Assembly: GCA_050949565.1 (NCBI GenBank)
Contig: JBMNFY010000017.1
Coordinates: forward strand, 32,001-96,000
DNA from: Kiritimatiellia bacterium
GTDB taxonomy: Bacteria; Verrucomicrobiota; Kiritimatiellia; RFP12; UBA1067
Direction of reading: 5' to 3'
DNA length: 64,000 nt
The translations under genes were made by a program, and so were the position numbers. The notes under the pieces were generated by a model. The model saw only the letters and a program-made list of their open reading frames with translations, ran no database searches and was not told the origin of the DNA. Numbering within the stretch: the first letter of the stretch is position 1; every line of letters begins with the position of its first letter. Below are positions 1-11,100 of this stretch, piece by piece.

Positions 1-1250
1 GGCGCAAGCGTTGTGATGATCCGGCGCTTGAGCGTCTCGCCTTTTGCGACATAACCACCGGAGGCGCCCATCCAGATGCCGCCCGCGCCCAGATCCTCGA
101 TCGTGCAGTTTGTAATCCGGTTGGAGACGCAGCCATCGTTGAAGCGCAGCGCGTAGTTGCCCGTATGCGCGATCGTGCATGTGTCGAATGTGACGCGGTG
201 CGCGCCCTCGGCAGTCACGAGGCCGTCCGATCCGCTGGACGCCTGATGCTGCCAGCTTTCCGTAGGGCCATTTGCGGGAAGCCCCGGTGTTTGCGGAACA
301 TCGCTGTACGCGAATGTCAGATTGCGGAAAGCGATGTCATGCACGAACGCACCCTTGTCCGGGTCACCCTTGAACGCGACCAGTTGGCTCAGCTTGGCGC
401 TTGGCGCGATCACAACCGCCGTCGCGATGGTCTCACCCTCCAGCGGCCGATAGCGCACGCGGCCCGCCTTGGCGTCATAAAACCACTCGCCCGGCGCATC
501 GAACGCGCTCCGCACGTTCTCGAAGGCGACAAGCGTCTCGCGCTCGTTCCATTTCACCCAGCCGTGCCAATCTCGCGGCGACCAGGTCTCGACCGTCATC
601 GTGGCGGGGTCGAAGCGGCGCAGGATGCGGCGCGCCGTGCTCCACTTATGCACCACGTACATCTGCGCGTACGGCAACTCGTCAGCCGGAATCTTGCCGA
701 GTGCGGCGGCGGACTCGTTCGTCAGCGTAGCACGCTCGACATACGAGACCTTACCCTCCGCGTTCGTCACCACGGTGATACTCGGTTTCACGATATTGAA
801 ATAACTCGCCGTCCCCTGACCGCCATTTGGCAGGCGCGCACGGTCGGCGCGACGCCCGTTGACCCACAGCTGTTCGAAATAGGCGGGTTTGCCGTCAGGC
901 GCTACTGGGATTGGCGCGGACCATGTGCCGTCCGCCTCGGCGGTCCATCCTTTGATCACGCTGCCGCCGGAGATCGTCGCGCCTTCACCCTCGCCCACCC
1001 AAGTGACCGGTGCCTGCGGTGTGCCGGAATCGGCGGGCATGAACGTAAGCGTCTCTGCAAGTGCGTAGATGCCGGGCTTCACGATCACCGTCCAAGCCTC
1101 TTTGTTGCCCTTCGCCTTCGACGCACGAATCATCTCCAGCGCGGCCTGCGGCGTCAGGCCGTCTGGAGCGACCACCACCTCACCCGCCTGAACGAGTGCC
1201 GCTGAAATAAAACCCAAGAAAACACCCGCAAAACAAACTCTGCTCCCCAT
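1..1250 (-). CDS. Secreted right-handed parallel beta-helix protein (GH141-like/pectin-lyase fold), runs off the left window edge
   Basis: Hand translation from ATG at 1250 (GGAGG RBS upstream): MGSRVCFAGVFLGFISAALVQA signal peptide, then 'VKPGIYALAETLTFMPADSGTPQAPVTWVG...ISGG...FEQLWVNGRRADRARLPN', typical of this family. Absent from the ORF track because no stop lies inside the window. Confidence 0.8.
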   Translation of the reverse strand, partial: MGSRVCFAGVFLGFISAALVQAGEVVVAPDGLTPQAALEMIRASKAKGNKEAWTVIVKPGIYALAETLTFMPADSGTPQAPVTWVGEGEGATISGGSVIKGWTAEADGTWSAPIPVAPDGKPAYFEQLWVNGRRADRARLPNGGQGTASYFNIVKPSITVVTNAEGKVSYVERATLTNESAAALGKIPADELPYAQMYVVHKWSTARRILRRFDPATMTVETWSPRDWHGWVKWNERETLVAFENVRSAFDAPGEWFYDAKAGRVRYRPLEGETIATAVVIAPSAKLSQLVAFKGDPDKGAFVHDIAFRNLTFAYSDVPQTPGLPANGPTESWQHQASSGSDGLVTAEGAHRVTFDTCTIAHTGNYALRFNDGCVSNRITNCTIEDLGAGGIWMGASGGYVAKGETLKRRIITTLA

Positions 1251-1418
1251 TTCAAGCCTCCCATGAACGTTGCAACTGACCGCATGATAGCAAAATGCGG
1301 CGGTGGGGTAAACGCACTTCTGAACAATAAAGAGGCAGGTGTTTGGAACGGCAGGTGTTTGGAATAGGCACATGCGGAACTATCGTAATTAATCGTGCGC
1401 TGATTTTGTTTCGTGAAT

Positions 1419-1693
1419 GGTTGCCGAGCTGCCCGTGCCCACACCTTTCAAGGTGTGGGCACGGGCATGGCTCGGACATGGGCCGCGACGGCGGTGCGTT
1501 TTTTGGCGCATTGATCGAGACGAGCCTTTAAAACCGGTGGTGTCGGCGGGGTTGCCCGGTACGCGCGGGGTGCGTTCTGGCATACCTGGATGAAAAGGTT
1601 GATATGCCCACACCTTTCAAGGTGTGGGCACGGGCGTGGTTCGGACATGGGCCGCGACGGCGGTGCGTTTTTTGGCGCATTGATCGAGACGGG
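1419..1693. repeat. 169-bp-period repeat array A (about 1.6 units, 2 palindromes)
   Basis: Palindrome TGCCCACACCTTTCAAGGTGTGGGCA starts at 1436 and 1605 (169 bp apart). The first copy extends to a perfect 18-bp arm inverted repeat (1430-1467). Sequence downstream of both copies is nearly identical. Confidence 0.95.
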
Positions 1694-1828
1694 GTTTTCG
1701 TACTAAACGCCTGTCCCTTGGCAGTACCGATCGACGAGCGAGCCCTCAATCTGATTACCCCTTGATCAGGCGCCAAGACGAGGGACGTTTTTTCATGACG
1801 TGCCACTCTTGTTTACGGTGTCACGCGA

Positions 1829-2395
1829 TTACAAGTCCGCGTGCCGCGCGATCAGTTGCAAGAACGTCTCCGAGAAAAAACTGCGGTCGGGGTGGAGCGA
1901 CCACACCGCGTCTTTGTCGACGATCATTTTCCGCTCGGAAAGCTTGTTCAGATGCCGCGCCAATGCTTGCCGAGAAATGTGTGTCTCCTGCGCGAGAACG
2001 GGGGTAGCGAGGTTGCCCTTTGTAAGAAGACAATATAGCACGGTCAACCGTCGCGGATGCGTGTAGGCGGTCAGGTTGTGGATGATTCGGTCAGTTGTCC
2101 ATTTCTCCGTGAGGATCGCCCGACTGACAACCGCCAAGATGTGCGCTGCCGCGGGCACGAGCGGATCCGGCGAGGAAAAATAATGAACCCAGCGGCTCTG
2201 CCGTCTCGCGCTAATGAGTCCCCGCGCCTGGAGCGCCCGCAAGCACAGGCTGGCATGATCGTCGGGAACGGCGGCCTGCTTGGCGATCTCGCTGACTGAC
2301 TGGCCCGGCTGGCGCAACACGACCTCAAGGCAGCGGAGTCTGCGCTCATTGGCCAAGACCCGGCATGTGCGCCAAATGGTTGGATGGTAGCTCAT
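1829..2395 (-). CDS. Tandem (double) ArsR-like winged helix-turn-helix DNA-binding protein
   Basis: 188 aa with two ArsR-like units: 'RVLANERRLRCL...SVSEIAKQAAV...ASLCLRALQARGLISARRQSRWVHY' and 'AYTHPRRLTVL...TPVLAQETHISRQALARHLNKLSERKMI'. Confidence 0.85.
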   Translation of the reverse strand: MSYHPTIWRTCRVLANERRLRCLEVVLRQPGQSVSEIAKQAAVPDDHASLCLRALQARGLISARRQSRWVHYFSSPDPLVPAAAHILAVVSRAILTEKWTTDRIIHNLTAYTHPRRLTVLYCLLTKGNLATPVLAQETHISRQALARHLNKLSERKMIVDKDAVWSLHPDRSFFSETFLQLIARHADL

Positions 2396-2463
2396 CAGTG
2401 TTCCCCCGTTTCTGGATCAGCCCGCGCACACCGTGGTGGTGCTCACGCCTGTGCTTCGCTGAC

Positions 2464-2515
2464 GCCCACACCTTTCGATGCGCGGAAGTTAACACGGCGC
2501 ACGGTGACAAGTCAA
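2464..2515 (-). promoter_or_regulatory. Putative sigma70 promoter of the wHTH gene overlapping a degenerate copy of the array palindrome
   Basis: Minus strand TTGACT (2515-2510), 18 nt, then TAACTT (2491-2486) preceded by TG (extended -10). GCCCACACCTTTCGATGCGCGG at 2464-2485 matches the left arm of the array palindrome and covers the expected start site. Confidence 0.5.
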
Positions 2516-2616
2516 CAGATTATCGAAGTTAGACAAAACAGCTTTTTGAGCAAAACAGCTTTTTGAGCGGTGTGTTTCACTGGTGTTTGGTACACAAAAG
2601 AAACGCTTTCATAAAG

Positions 2617-3171
2617 GGTTGCCGAGCTGCCTGCGCCCACACCTTTCAAGGTGTGGGCACGGGCATGGTTCGGGCATGGGTCGCGACGGCGGTGCGTTTG
2701 TTGGCGCGGTGATCGAGACGGGCCTTTAAAACCGGCGGTATCGGCGTGGTTGCCCGATGCGCGCGAGGTGCGTTTTAGCATGCTCGGCTGAAGAGGCTGA
2801 CATGCCCACACCTTCCAAGGTGTGGGCACGGGCATGGTTCGGGCATAGATCGCGACGGCAGTGCGTTTGTTGGCGCGGTGATCGAGACGGGCCTTTAAAA
2901 CCGGCGGTATCGGCGTGGTTGACCGATGCGCGCGGGGTGCGTTTTAGCATGCTCGGCTGAAGAGGCTGACATGCCCACACCTTTCCAGGTGTGGGCACCG
3001 GCATGGTTCGGGCATAGGTCGCGACGGCGGTGCGTTTGTTGACGCGTTGATCGAGACGAGCCTTTAAAACCGGCGGTATCGGCGTGGTTGTCCGATGCGC
3101 GCGGGGTGCGTTTTAGCATGCTCGGCTGAAGGGGCTGATATGCCCACACCTTCCAAGGTGTGGGCACGGGC
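2617..3171. repeat. 169-bp-period repeat array B (3 full units plus a final palindrome)
   Basis: Palindrome starts at 2634, 2803, 2972 and 3141, each 169 bp apart. Intervening sequences are highly similar to each other and to array A. Both arrays begin with GGTTGCCGAGCTGCC. Confidence 0.95.
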
Positions 3172-3520
3172 GAGGACGTTCGCCCAGACGGCGTATCGCG
3201 CCGCCGCTTCTGAACGCCGGACATCGAACGCCGAACGCTGAAGTGAAACAAACAGTCCAGTTTTGTTTTCACCGCGACGAAGTGAAACAAATCCTTGCCT
3301 AAATCGAATTAGGTCGCGAGCTCCGTCCGTGTTAAGAAAAGAAAGAAAATCGGCAGACGCACATTCGAGCTGTTAGCCCGCCGCCCGCGTTTCGCACGGG
3401 AATGTAAATGAGGATAACTTTGATGTAAGTTATAGGCGCACACCCGAGCTTGAAAGAGTGAAGGTTAACCCCTATACTCTGGTGTGATTGATCGTCACAG
3501 CGTACTAAAGGAGGCTCCAC

Positions 3521-5179
3521 ATGACTTCTCCACGGATTGAACGCACGCTTCACACACTTGCTTACTGTGTGGCTTTGGCAACAGCCGCGTCTGTCTCAGG
3601 CGCGGAAAGAACATGGACCGGTGCCGGGGCGGACGCCCGTTGGACCACGGCGGCGAACTGGGCGGAAGGCGAAGTCGCAGCCTCTGACACGCTGCGGTTT
3701 GGCGGCACCGTGCAGCCCGTCACGACCAATGATTTCGCTACCGACACAGCGTTCTCAGGTCTCACCTTTCTGCCTGACGCGGTTGGCTTTACGCTCGCGG
3801 GCAACCGCATCACGCTTAACGGTGACCTCGTCAACCAATCGTCCGTCTCACAGACCGTCTCACTGCCCTTGCTGATCACGGCGACGGCGGACCGCACACT
3901 TAACGCTGCAAATGGTCCGATGACGTTGACTGACTCGCTGAATTATGACACCGGCACCACGTCCCGCTCCTACAAGAAGACCGGTTCCTATGAACTGCTC
4001 TTCACCGGGTCAACCCAGGTGACCAACCTCTACAGTCGTTTCGCGCTCAATGAAGGCACGCTGCGTTTCGCGCCGGGATCGATGTTTCATCTGGTCAACT
4101 TCAGCAATGATCGCAATGTCTTCCGCATCGGCGATGTCGCCAACAAACAATCCGCCATCATCGTTGAGCCGGGCGCAGATGTGGCACTCGGCGGGCTCTC
4201 CCTACAGATGACCTCAGTACCGGGAGGTACCGGAAGTTTCGACCTGCTCGTCAACGGCGGTCGCTTTGAACTCACCGGCACGGACAACACCTTCGGCGAT
4301 ATGACCGGCAACCGTACCGCAATTGTGATCAACAACGGCGGCATCTTCACAAACGGCACGGAAAACGCCTGGGTACATGCCGGCACACGCTGCCCCTTCA
4401 CCCTTGAACTCGACGGCGGGACCGTCTGGTTGCAGCGGCTCTCACTGGGACGTGAATCCGATGCGGGCGACCGTCAGTTAGGGCGCGCCGACATCGACAT
4501 CCGCCGCGGCCTCTTTGTCGTCAACAATGCCTTCCACTGGATGAGCACAAGTTGGACGCTCCGCACCAACATCGTCACACTCGGTAACGGCACGCTGGGC
4601 AGCGCAACGCTCAGTTCGGTCAGCATGTCGCGCGCAACCACATCCGGTACTGCGATTCTCAATCTGAACGGCGGCGTTTTGGAGTGCCGCAACGGCTCTG
4701 GCAACTTCCTGAGTGGCTTGAACCAGGTCAACATGATGGCGGGCGGCGTGATCATTGACACATCGAACAACGCTGTGAATATCACGGAACCGATCATGCG
4801 TGATCCTTCGCTCAGCCTAGACGTGAGGGATGGCGGCCTGACCAAACGCGGCGCCGGTTCTCTGACCTTTTCCGGGCCGACCAATGAGTTCAATGGTCCT
4901 CTGCGCGTCGAGGATGGTTCGCTGCGCATTTCGCCCGGCATGCTTTCGGACCTCGAAGAGATCTATCTCGCCCCCGGCAGAACCTTGAGCTTCCGTGGTA
5001 GCCACCGCCAGAATCTGGCGCCGCAGCGCCTCTGTCTAGGCGACGCCGTGACGACCAGCCGACTAGATCTAGACGTCTCGGTCGACGATCTGACCTGTGA
5101 CACGATCCACATCCCGAGTCGGCGGCTACATCGGCAAGATCAACCTGCACCTGAAGCAGCGCGGCCCCACCGACCTTGA
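3521..5179 (+). CDS. N-terminal part of a giant secreted protein with autotransporter-associated beta-strand repeats (frameshift near 5117-5120)
   Basis: GGAGG RBS, signal peptide, 'TWTGAGADARWTTAANW' and 'GGLTKRGAGSLTFSG' repeats. Reading continues in the next frame as 'GGYIGKINL'. Confidence 0.85.
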   Translation: MTSPRIERTLHTLAYCVALATAASVSGAERTWTGAGADARWTTAANWAEGEVAASDTLRFGGTVQPVTTNDFATDTAFSGLTFLPDAVGFTLAGNRITLNGDLVNQSSVSQTVSLPLLITATADRTLNAANGPMTLTDSLNYDTGTTSRSYKKTGSYELLFTGSTQVTNLYSRFALNEGTLRFAPGSMFHLVNFSNDRNVFRIGDVANKQSAIIVEPGADVALGGLSLQMTSVPGGTGSFDLLVNGGRFELTGTDNTFGDMTGNRTAIVINNGGIFTNGTENAWVHAGTRCPFTLELDGGTVWLQRLSLGRESDAGDRQLGRADIDIRRGLFVVNNAFHWMSTSWTLRTNIVTLGNGTLGSATLSSVSMSRATTSGTAILNLNGGVLECRNGSGNFLSGLNQVNMMAGGVIIDTSNNAVNITEPIMRDPSLSLDVRDGGLTKRGAGSLTFSGPTNEFNGPLRVEDGSLRISPGMLSDLEEIYLAPGRTLSFRGSHRQNLAPQRLCLGDAVTTSRLDLDVSVDDLTCDTIHIPSRRLHRQDQPAPEAARPHRP

Positions 5180-8100
5180 CTTCAACCTGCCCGGCGATTA
5201 TGTGCTCTTCACCTACGCGAGCGAGCCGCCGGACATCACCCTTTTGACCCACGCCAACCGCGCGTTCGGCACGACCTCCTCTTTCATCGTGGACCGTGCC
5301 GCAAAAACGGTAACGCTACGCCGCCTGATGGTGAATACCACGGAAACTACGTGGAGTAACCCCGCCGGTGGCGCTTGGGAGACCGCAGACAACTGGACCA
5401 CACCACCGATCAACGCGCCCGAAACGCGCGCCCGGTTCTGGGACGCCATCACCGCCCCCGCCACTGTTACGCTCAACACCGATACGCGTATCGGCGGCTT
5501 CTCTTTCAACAACAGCCAACCCTACACACTTTCCGGCAACGGTACGCTGACTATCGGCGACCAGTTCGGCACTGGCTATCTAGTCAGCGATGTCGGCAGC
5601 CATGCTGTCGCGCTGGACATTGAGTTGGCCGCCCCTATCAACATGGGCGCACCGGCCTCGCATACGCTGACGCTTTCCGGTGTCCTTTCCGGCTCAGGCG
5701 GCATCATTAAAGGCAATGCCGGCACTTTGCATCTTACCGCAGCAAACACCTTCTCCGGCGGCGTGCGCATTGACGGCGGTACCCTGACGATCCCCTCGCT
5801 GGATGTTTTGGGATCCGGCCCGCTGACCCTCGCGGGCGGCACCGCCCTTATGACTGGCGGCGGCAGCGCGACATACGCCAACCCGCTCTACGTGCAGGCC
5901 AACGGCGTCCTTGATCTGGGCAGCACAGACCTGACATTGACCGGCCCCATAGATTGGACCGGTGCAGGCATCCTCACCAAACAGGGCGAAGGCGAACTGA
6001 TCTTGGCCGGCAGCGCGAATGAAAACAACGGCGCCTACCGCTTCAATTTCCGTCAGGGTGTTACGCGCCTCGCCGCCGGTACAGCGTACACCCTGCGCGG
6101 CAACGACCGCGATGTCCTGCAGACCACCTACAGCGCTGTCGGCCAGACATCCAAACTGGTCATCGAACCCGGCGCAGTGCTCACCGCCGGCGGCATGCGC
6201 CTCATGGCCGGATCGTACGCCGGCACATCGACCGTGCATGTGGCGGGCGGGCGGCTCGACCTGCTTGATGCCGAAAGCACGATCGTCAATGCCACCGGCG
6301 GCCGCGCCGATCTCCTGATCGACAACGGCGGTTCGCTCTATGCAGCCAAAGGCTGGTTCAATCTCGGCGTCAACGGGCTTGGCACCCTGACGGTCACCAA
6401 CGGCAGCGTTTCGCTCAGCCTCCTGTCGATAGCCGGATATGGCGATACCATCAGCACCGGCAGCCGCAAAGGCAGCGCCGCAGTGACTGTCGGACCGGGC
6501 GGCGTTTTTGAGGTCCGTGACTACTTCAACTGGATCAATGACGACCAGAACAATCTTGCAAGTCTGCGACTCGATGGCGGCCGGTTGATCCTCCCCGTCA
6601 CCGCGCGCGCCGTTGGCAGCATCGGCACCGCAAGCGTCGTCCTCAACGGTGGTGTTTTCGACTGTGCCGGCTTGCCGACCTTAACCACCGTCAACGCCCA
6701 GATCGCACCCTCGCTGGATGACTATCTCTTCGGCGTCGATGAGCTATTCCTCGGCGCAGACGGCATCACGATTGATACCCGTCTCCACAATGTCACCATC
6801 ACTCAGCCGCTCGTCATGGAGAGCGGCAGCACTGTAGCCGCTGGTTTCACCAAGACCGGTGCCGGCAGCTTGACACTCGCAGGTGACCACGCGTTCAACG
6901 CACCGGTCACCGTTCAGGCCGGTACGCTTGCGCTCACTTCGCTGCCCAACAACGCGGTGCAGGTCGCCAGCGGTGCCACGCTTAACCCCAGTTTCAACAG
7001 CGTGCGGACCGATGCCGTCACAACCGCAACGTTTGGGGACAATACCGTTCTGGCCGTCGATCTCGCTGAAGCCAACAGCAGCGACCGCCTCGCGGTTGCC
7101 GGTACCCTCGCACTGGGCTCGCGCCTTACAATCTGGGTGAACGGCGACACGCTACCGGGCACCTTTACGCTCTTCACCTACGGCACACTCACCGGCAGTG
7201 CCAATGCTCTGCGTATCGGCAATCCGGATGGCGACTTCACCTATCAGTTCACCGACACCGGCAGCGCCATCACGTTGACCGTCGCGGCCAATCCCAATAG
7301 TGTGGCATGGGCGAACGATGCTGACGGCGTCTGGAGCGCAAACGCAAACTGGACACCGCAAACCGTGCCCAATGGCGTGGGACACTCGGCCCGCTTTGAC
7401 CTCAGCTTCGCGCAACCGCGCACGGTCACGCTTGACCTGCCGGTTACGCTGAGCGCCCTGCTGTTTGATGCGCCGATCGCCCCGCAGGTGACCGGCACGG
7501 CGTCGCTCAGCCTCAATCATAGCGCCATGCCTTCGTCAATCGAAGTGGCGTCGGGCCACCCGACGCTTGCCGTGCCGGTCGCCGTACCGGCCGAAACGAC
7601 GGCGTGGATCGCGCCCGACACCTCGCTGACTTTGGCCAAAAACCTGAGCGGCACAGGTGCGCTCAGTGTCCAAGGCGGCGGTGCGCTGATGCTGATGGCG
7701 ACGAACACGATAGCCAGTACCCGCGTCGCAGATGCTACGCTGCAACTCGGTCCCGACGCTTCGTTGGAAGCTCCGCTGACGCTCGACAACGCCACGCTCA
7801 CCACCTCAGCCGATCACACCAGCGCTGCCGCCATCACGAGCGGCACGTATGGCGCGACCGTTACACCGCTTGACAGCACCACGCTGACCCTGTCCGGCCC
7901 CGTCAGCGGTACAGGCGGATTGGTCAAGACCGGTTCCAGCACGCTGGCCCTGACCGGGCCGCTCACCTATCAGGGCACAACCGTCTCCAGCGGCGGCACG
8001 CTCGCCCTCGCCACGCCGCCGCCCGCCGATTTGCGCCTCGGCGCGGGTACCTTTGTCCATGCCGGCGCGGCGGCGTCACTGCCCGGCTATCTGCTCAATA

Positions 8101-11100
8101 CAGAATCAAACGGCACGGCGGCTGTCTTTGCCAATACGGCCGACGTGACCGTGACCGGCCGAGTCCAAGCCGTTGCCGGTGGGTTCGTCAAACAGGGCAC
8201 AGGTACGCTGGCCTTCACCTATCCCGGCGAACAGACGTTATGCGTCGCAACGCAAACCGCCCTGCAAGATACGCTACTCAATATCGGCCCGAACGGTGAC
8301 GGTCCAACAGCCGGATTCAATCCGTTCACCGTTTCGGAAGGTACCGTCGTGTTGGGGGCTGAAGGTCAGGTCAACACCTTTAGCGGCAGCATCAGCGTCG
8401 GTCACTTTTCGACGGCTGATGCGGGTGCCGAAACCGCCGCGCACTTGAGAATCGAAGGCGGCACCACGACCGTCGCCGGTCATATTGCCGTGGGCCGGGG
8501 CAACGGCAACACGGTCACGGCCCCTACCCCGCTCGTTTCCACCTTGACCATCGATGGCGGTACGGTCGCCGCCGTCGGCTTTGCCATCGGACACAACGGC
8601 GGCAACACGGTCGGGTTTAACGCACGTCCCGCTGTCATCGTCAATGGCGGCGACATCTCACTCACCCGCATCAACATCGCGGAGCATCTCGGCAGCGACT
8701 GCACACTGACGCTGAATGACGGCACGATCACGCTGGCAGAAAACATTCAGGTTGGTCACCAGACGTCATTTGGCGGTGGCGGCACAGCGCTCATCACCGT
8801 AAACGGCGGCGAACTCGTGGCGTCCAACGAGATCAACCTCGGCATAACTCCGTCGGCTACCGGCACGCTGCATGTGGCCGGCGGACTGGTCTCCGCGCGC
8901 AACATCGTCGTTGGCGAAGGATGCGGCCGCATCCTGCTCGATGGCGGCACGCTGCACCTTTGGATGGGACCGATGAACGCTCCGCAAGATGTACAGATCA
9001 TGGCAGGCGGCGCGCGCATTGAGGTTCGTTCGGGCCGCTTCACCATCGCTCGTCCCCTGTTGGCCGGCGAGGCCAACGACGGCGGCCTCGTCAAGATCGG
9101 AGCCGGCATGCTGGCGCTCGACAGTTCTGAGGACCACACCTTCACAGGTCCGGTCACGGTAGAGGAAGGCATCCTCGCCTTCCGCAATGAGGCAGGGGCG
9201 CCTCTGCCAGCGGGCACGACACTGACCGTGTCCCCTGGTGCAAGCCTCTATCTGACGTCCGAAGACATCAGGAACGACCGCGTCATGACAGTCGCCAACG
9301 CCACGCTCGGTGCGGCCGAGCCGGCAGTTGACGCCACCCTTGCGGTTTGGTGCGGCGCAAACAACACCTGCGATCAACTCGCCGTCACCGGCAACCTCAC
9401 ACTCGGCCAGGTCGCCGTCTTGCTCTATCAGCGCGGCTCGCTGGATCCCGCGCTTTACGCCGGCACCTACCCGATTCTCTCTTATGCGGGCACGGACCCG
9501 GACCTGACAGGGCTTTCGGTCGCCAACCCGATCGCCTCGCGCACCTATGCCTTCTCGCTCGACACCGTCAACAAGCGCGTGCTCCTCACCGTCACCACGC
9601 AGCCGGGCCTCGGCGAAGCGATCTGGACGGCTGACAACGACGGTCTCTGGTCGCAGGGCCCGAATTGGCAGAACGGCACCGCACCGATCGCCATCGATAC
9701 GGCGGCGTTCTTTGCCAACGTGCTGTCGGAAGCGCGTACCGTCACGGTCGATACGCCGGCCACGCTGGGCGGCCTGGTTTTCGACGCCACCAACCGCTAC
9801 ACCGTTTCCGGCGGCGAGACTCTGACGCTCTCCGGCAGTGCTCCCCAGATGACCCTGATGCGCGGCGATCATGAGGTGTCCGCGCCGCTCGCGGTCGCCG
9901 GTGCCGCCGCCGTCTCGCTGGCACCCAACGGCAACACGCTCACCATTGCCGGATCGGTGACGGGCGATTCAGCCGCCCTCTCGCTCGATACGGCAGGTAC
10001 CTTGCAGGTCACAAACTGCGTGATCGACACCGCCCTGCTGGTCAATGCCGGCACAATGCGGCTGGAGGAAAACGCCGACATCAACGGCATCGTACGCGTC
10101 AATGACGGCGAAGTCCTCGCAACCGGTAATGCCACGCTCGACGGTGCCGTCGAACTTCCGCCCGGCAATCGCAGCCTGCGCGCCAACAGCGGCGCGACCC
10201 TGACGGTCAACGGCACGGTAGTCGGCGTAGGCACCCTCGTCAAGGATGGCGGTGGCGGCACGCTGGAACTCACGGCGGCCAACACCCACGCGGGAGGAAC
10301 CCGCGTCTCAAACGGCACACTCGCTCTGCGCGGAAACGGCACTCCGGGCCGTGGCGATCTGACGATGGCCGGCGGGCTGCTCGCCACGCTTGGCAGCGCG
10401 CCTGTCGCGTTCGACACGGCAATCGGCTTCGTTAACAACACTACCGTGGACACCACCGCGCCGCTCACCACCGGCGGCGCGCTCGCCATGCCCGACCCGC
10501 GCGCGCTGACGAAGCGCGGAACCAACGTCTGGTCGATCGGCGGCACCCTGTTCGGCTCACATGCCAGCTATCGCTTCTATCTGCGTGATGGTACTGTGCG
10601 CTTTGCGCCCGGCAGCCGATTCACGATGGACACGCCCGGCCTAAACCTGCGCAACCAATTCGACGCCACCAGTTCGTATGAGGGTAGCGCTCTGGGACTG
10701 ATCATCGAGCCGGACGCCGAGGTCACGTTCGGTGGATTGGGCGTGCAGTTCAACACCACGGCACCCGCCGGCACCTTCGACATGGTCATGAACGGCGGAC
10801 GCCTGACGCTGACCGGCACCAATCCGTTGGGGTTCGGCGATGTTGCAAACATGGCAATTTCCGTTGTCTGCAACGATGGCGAATTCGTGACCCTCCGTGA
10901 TGACGCATGGTGCGACATCGGTACGCGCAGTCCGGTCGATTGGACGCTGAACGGCGGACTCGTCTCGCTGGGCCGTCCAGCTTTCGGACGCATGAACGAC
11001 TCCGGTGCTGGCCGTTTCTACGGGCGCGTCAACTTGACCATCCACGGCGGCACATTCGAGGCGCGTGAATTCTTCTCGTGGAAGAGCACCGATTACGCCT

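Noticed and set aside
165-1205. 346-aa plus-strand ORF
   Set aside because: Shadow of the real minus-strand beta-helix gene starting at 1250.
1419-3171. The palindrome arrays as a CRISPR array
   Set aside because: The segments between palindromes are about 140 bp and homologous to one another rather than unique 30-40-bp spacers, and there are no cas genes nearby.
1154-3290. Short ORFs overlapping the repeat arrays (e.g. 2512-2835, 2726-3004, 2895-3290)
   Set aside because: They are translations of a 169-bp unit that shifts frame every copy, with no RBS or recognisable protein features.
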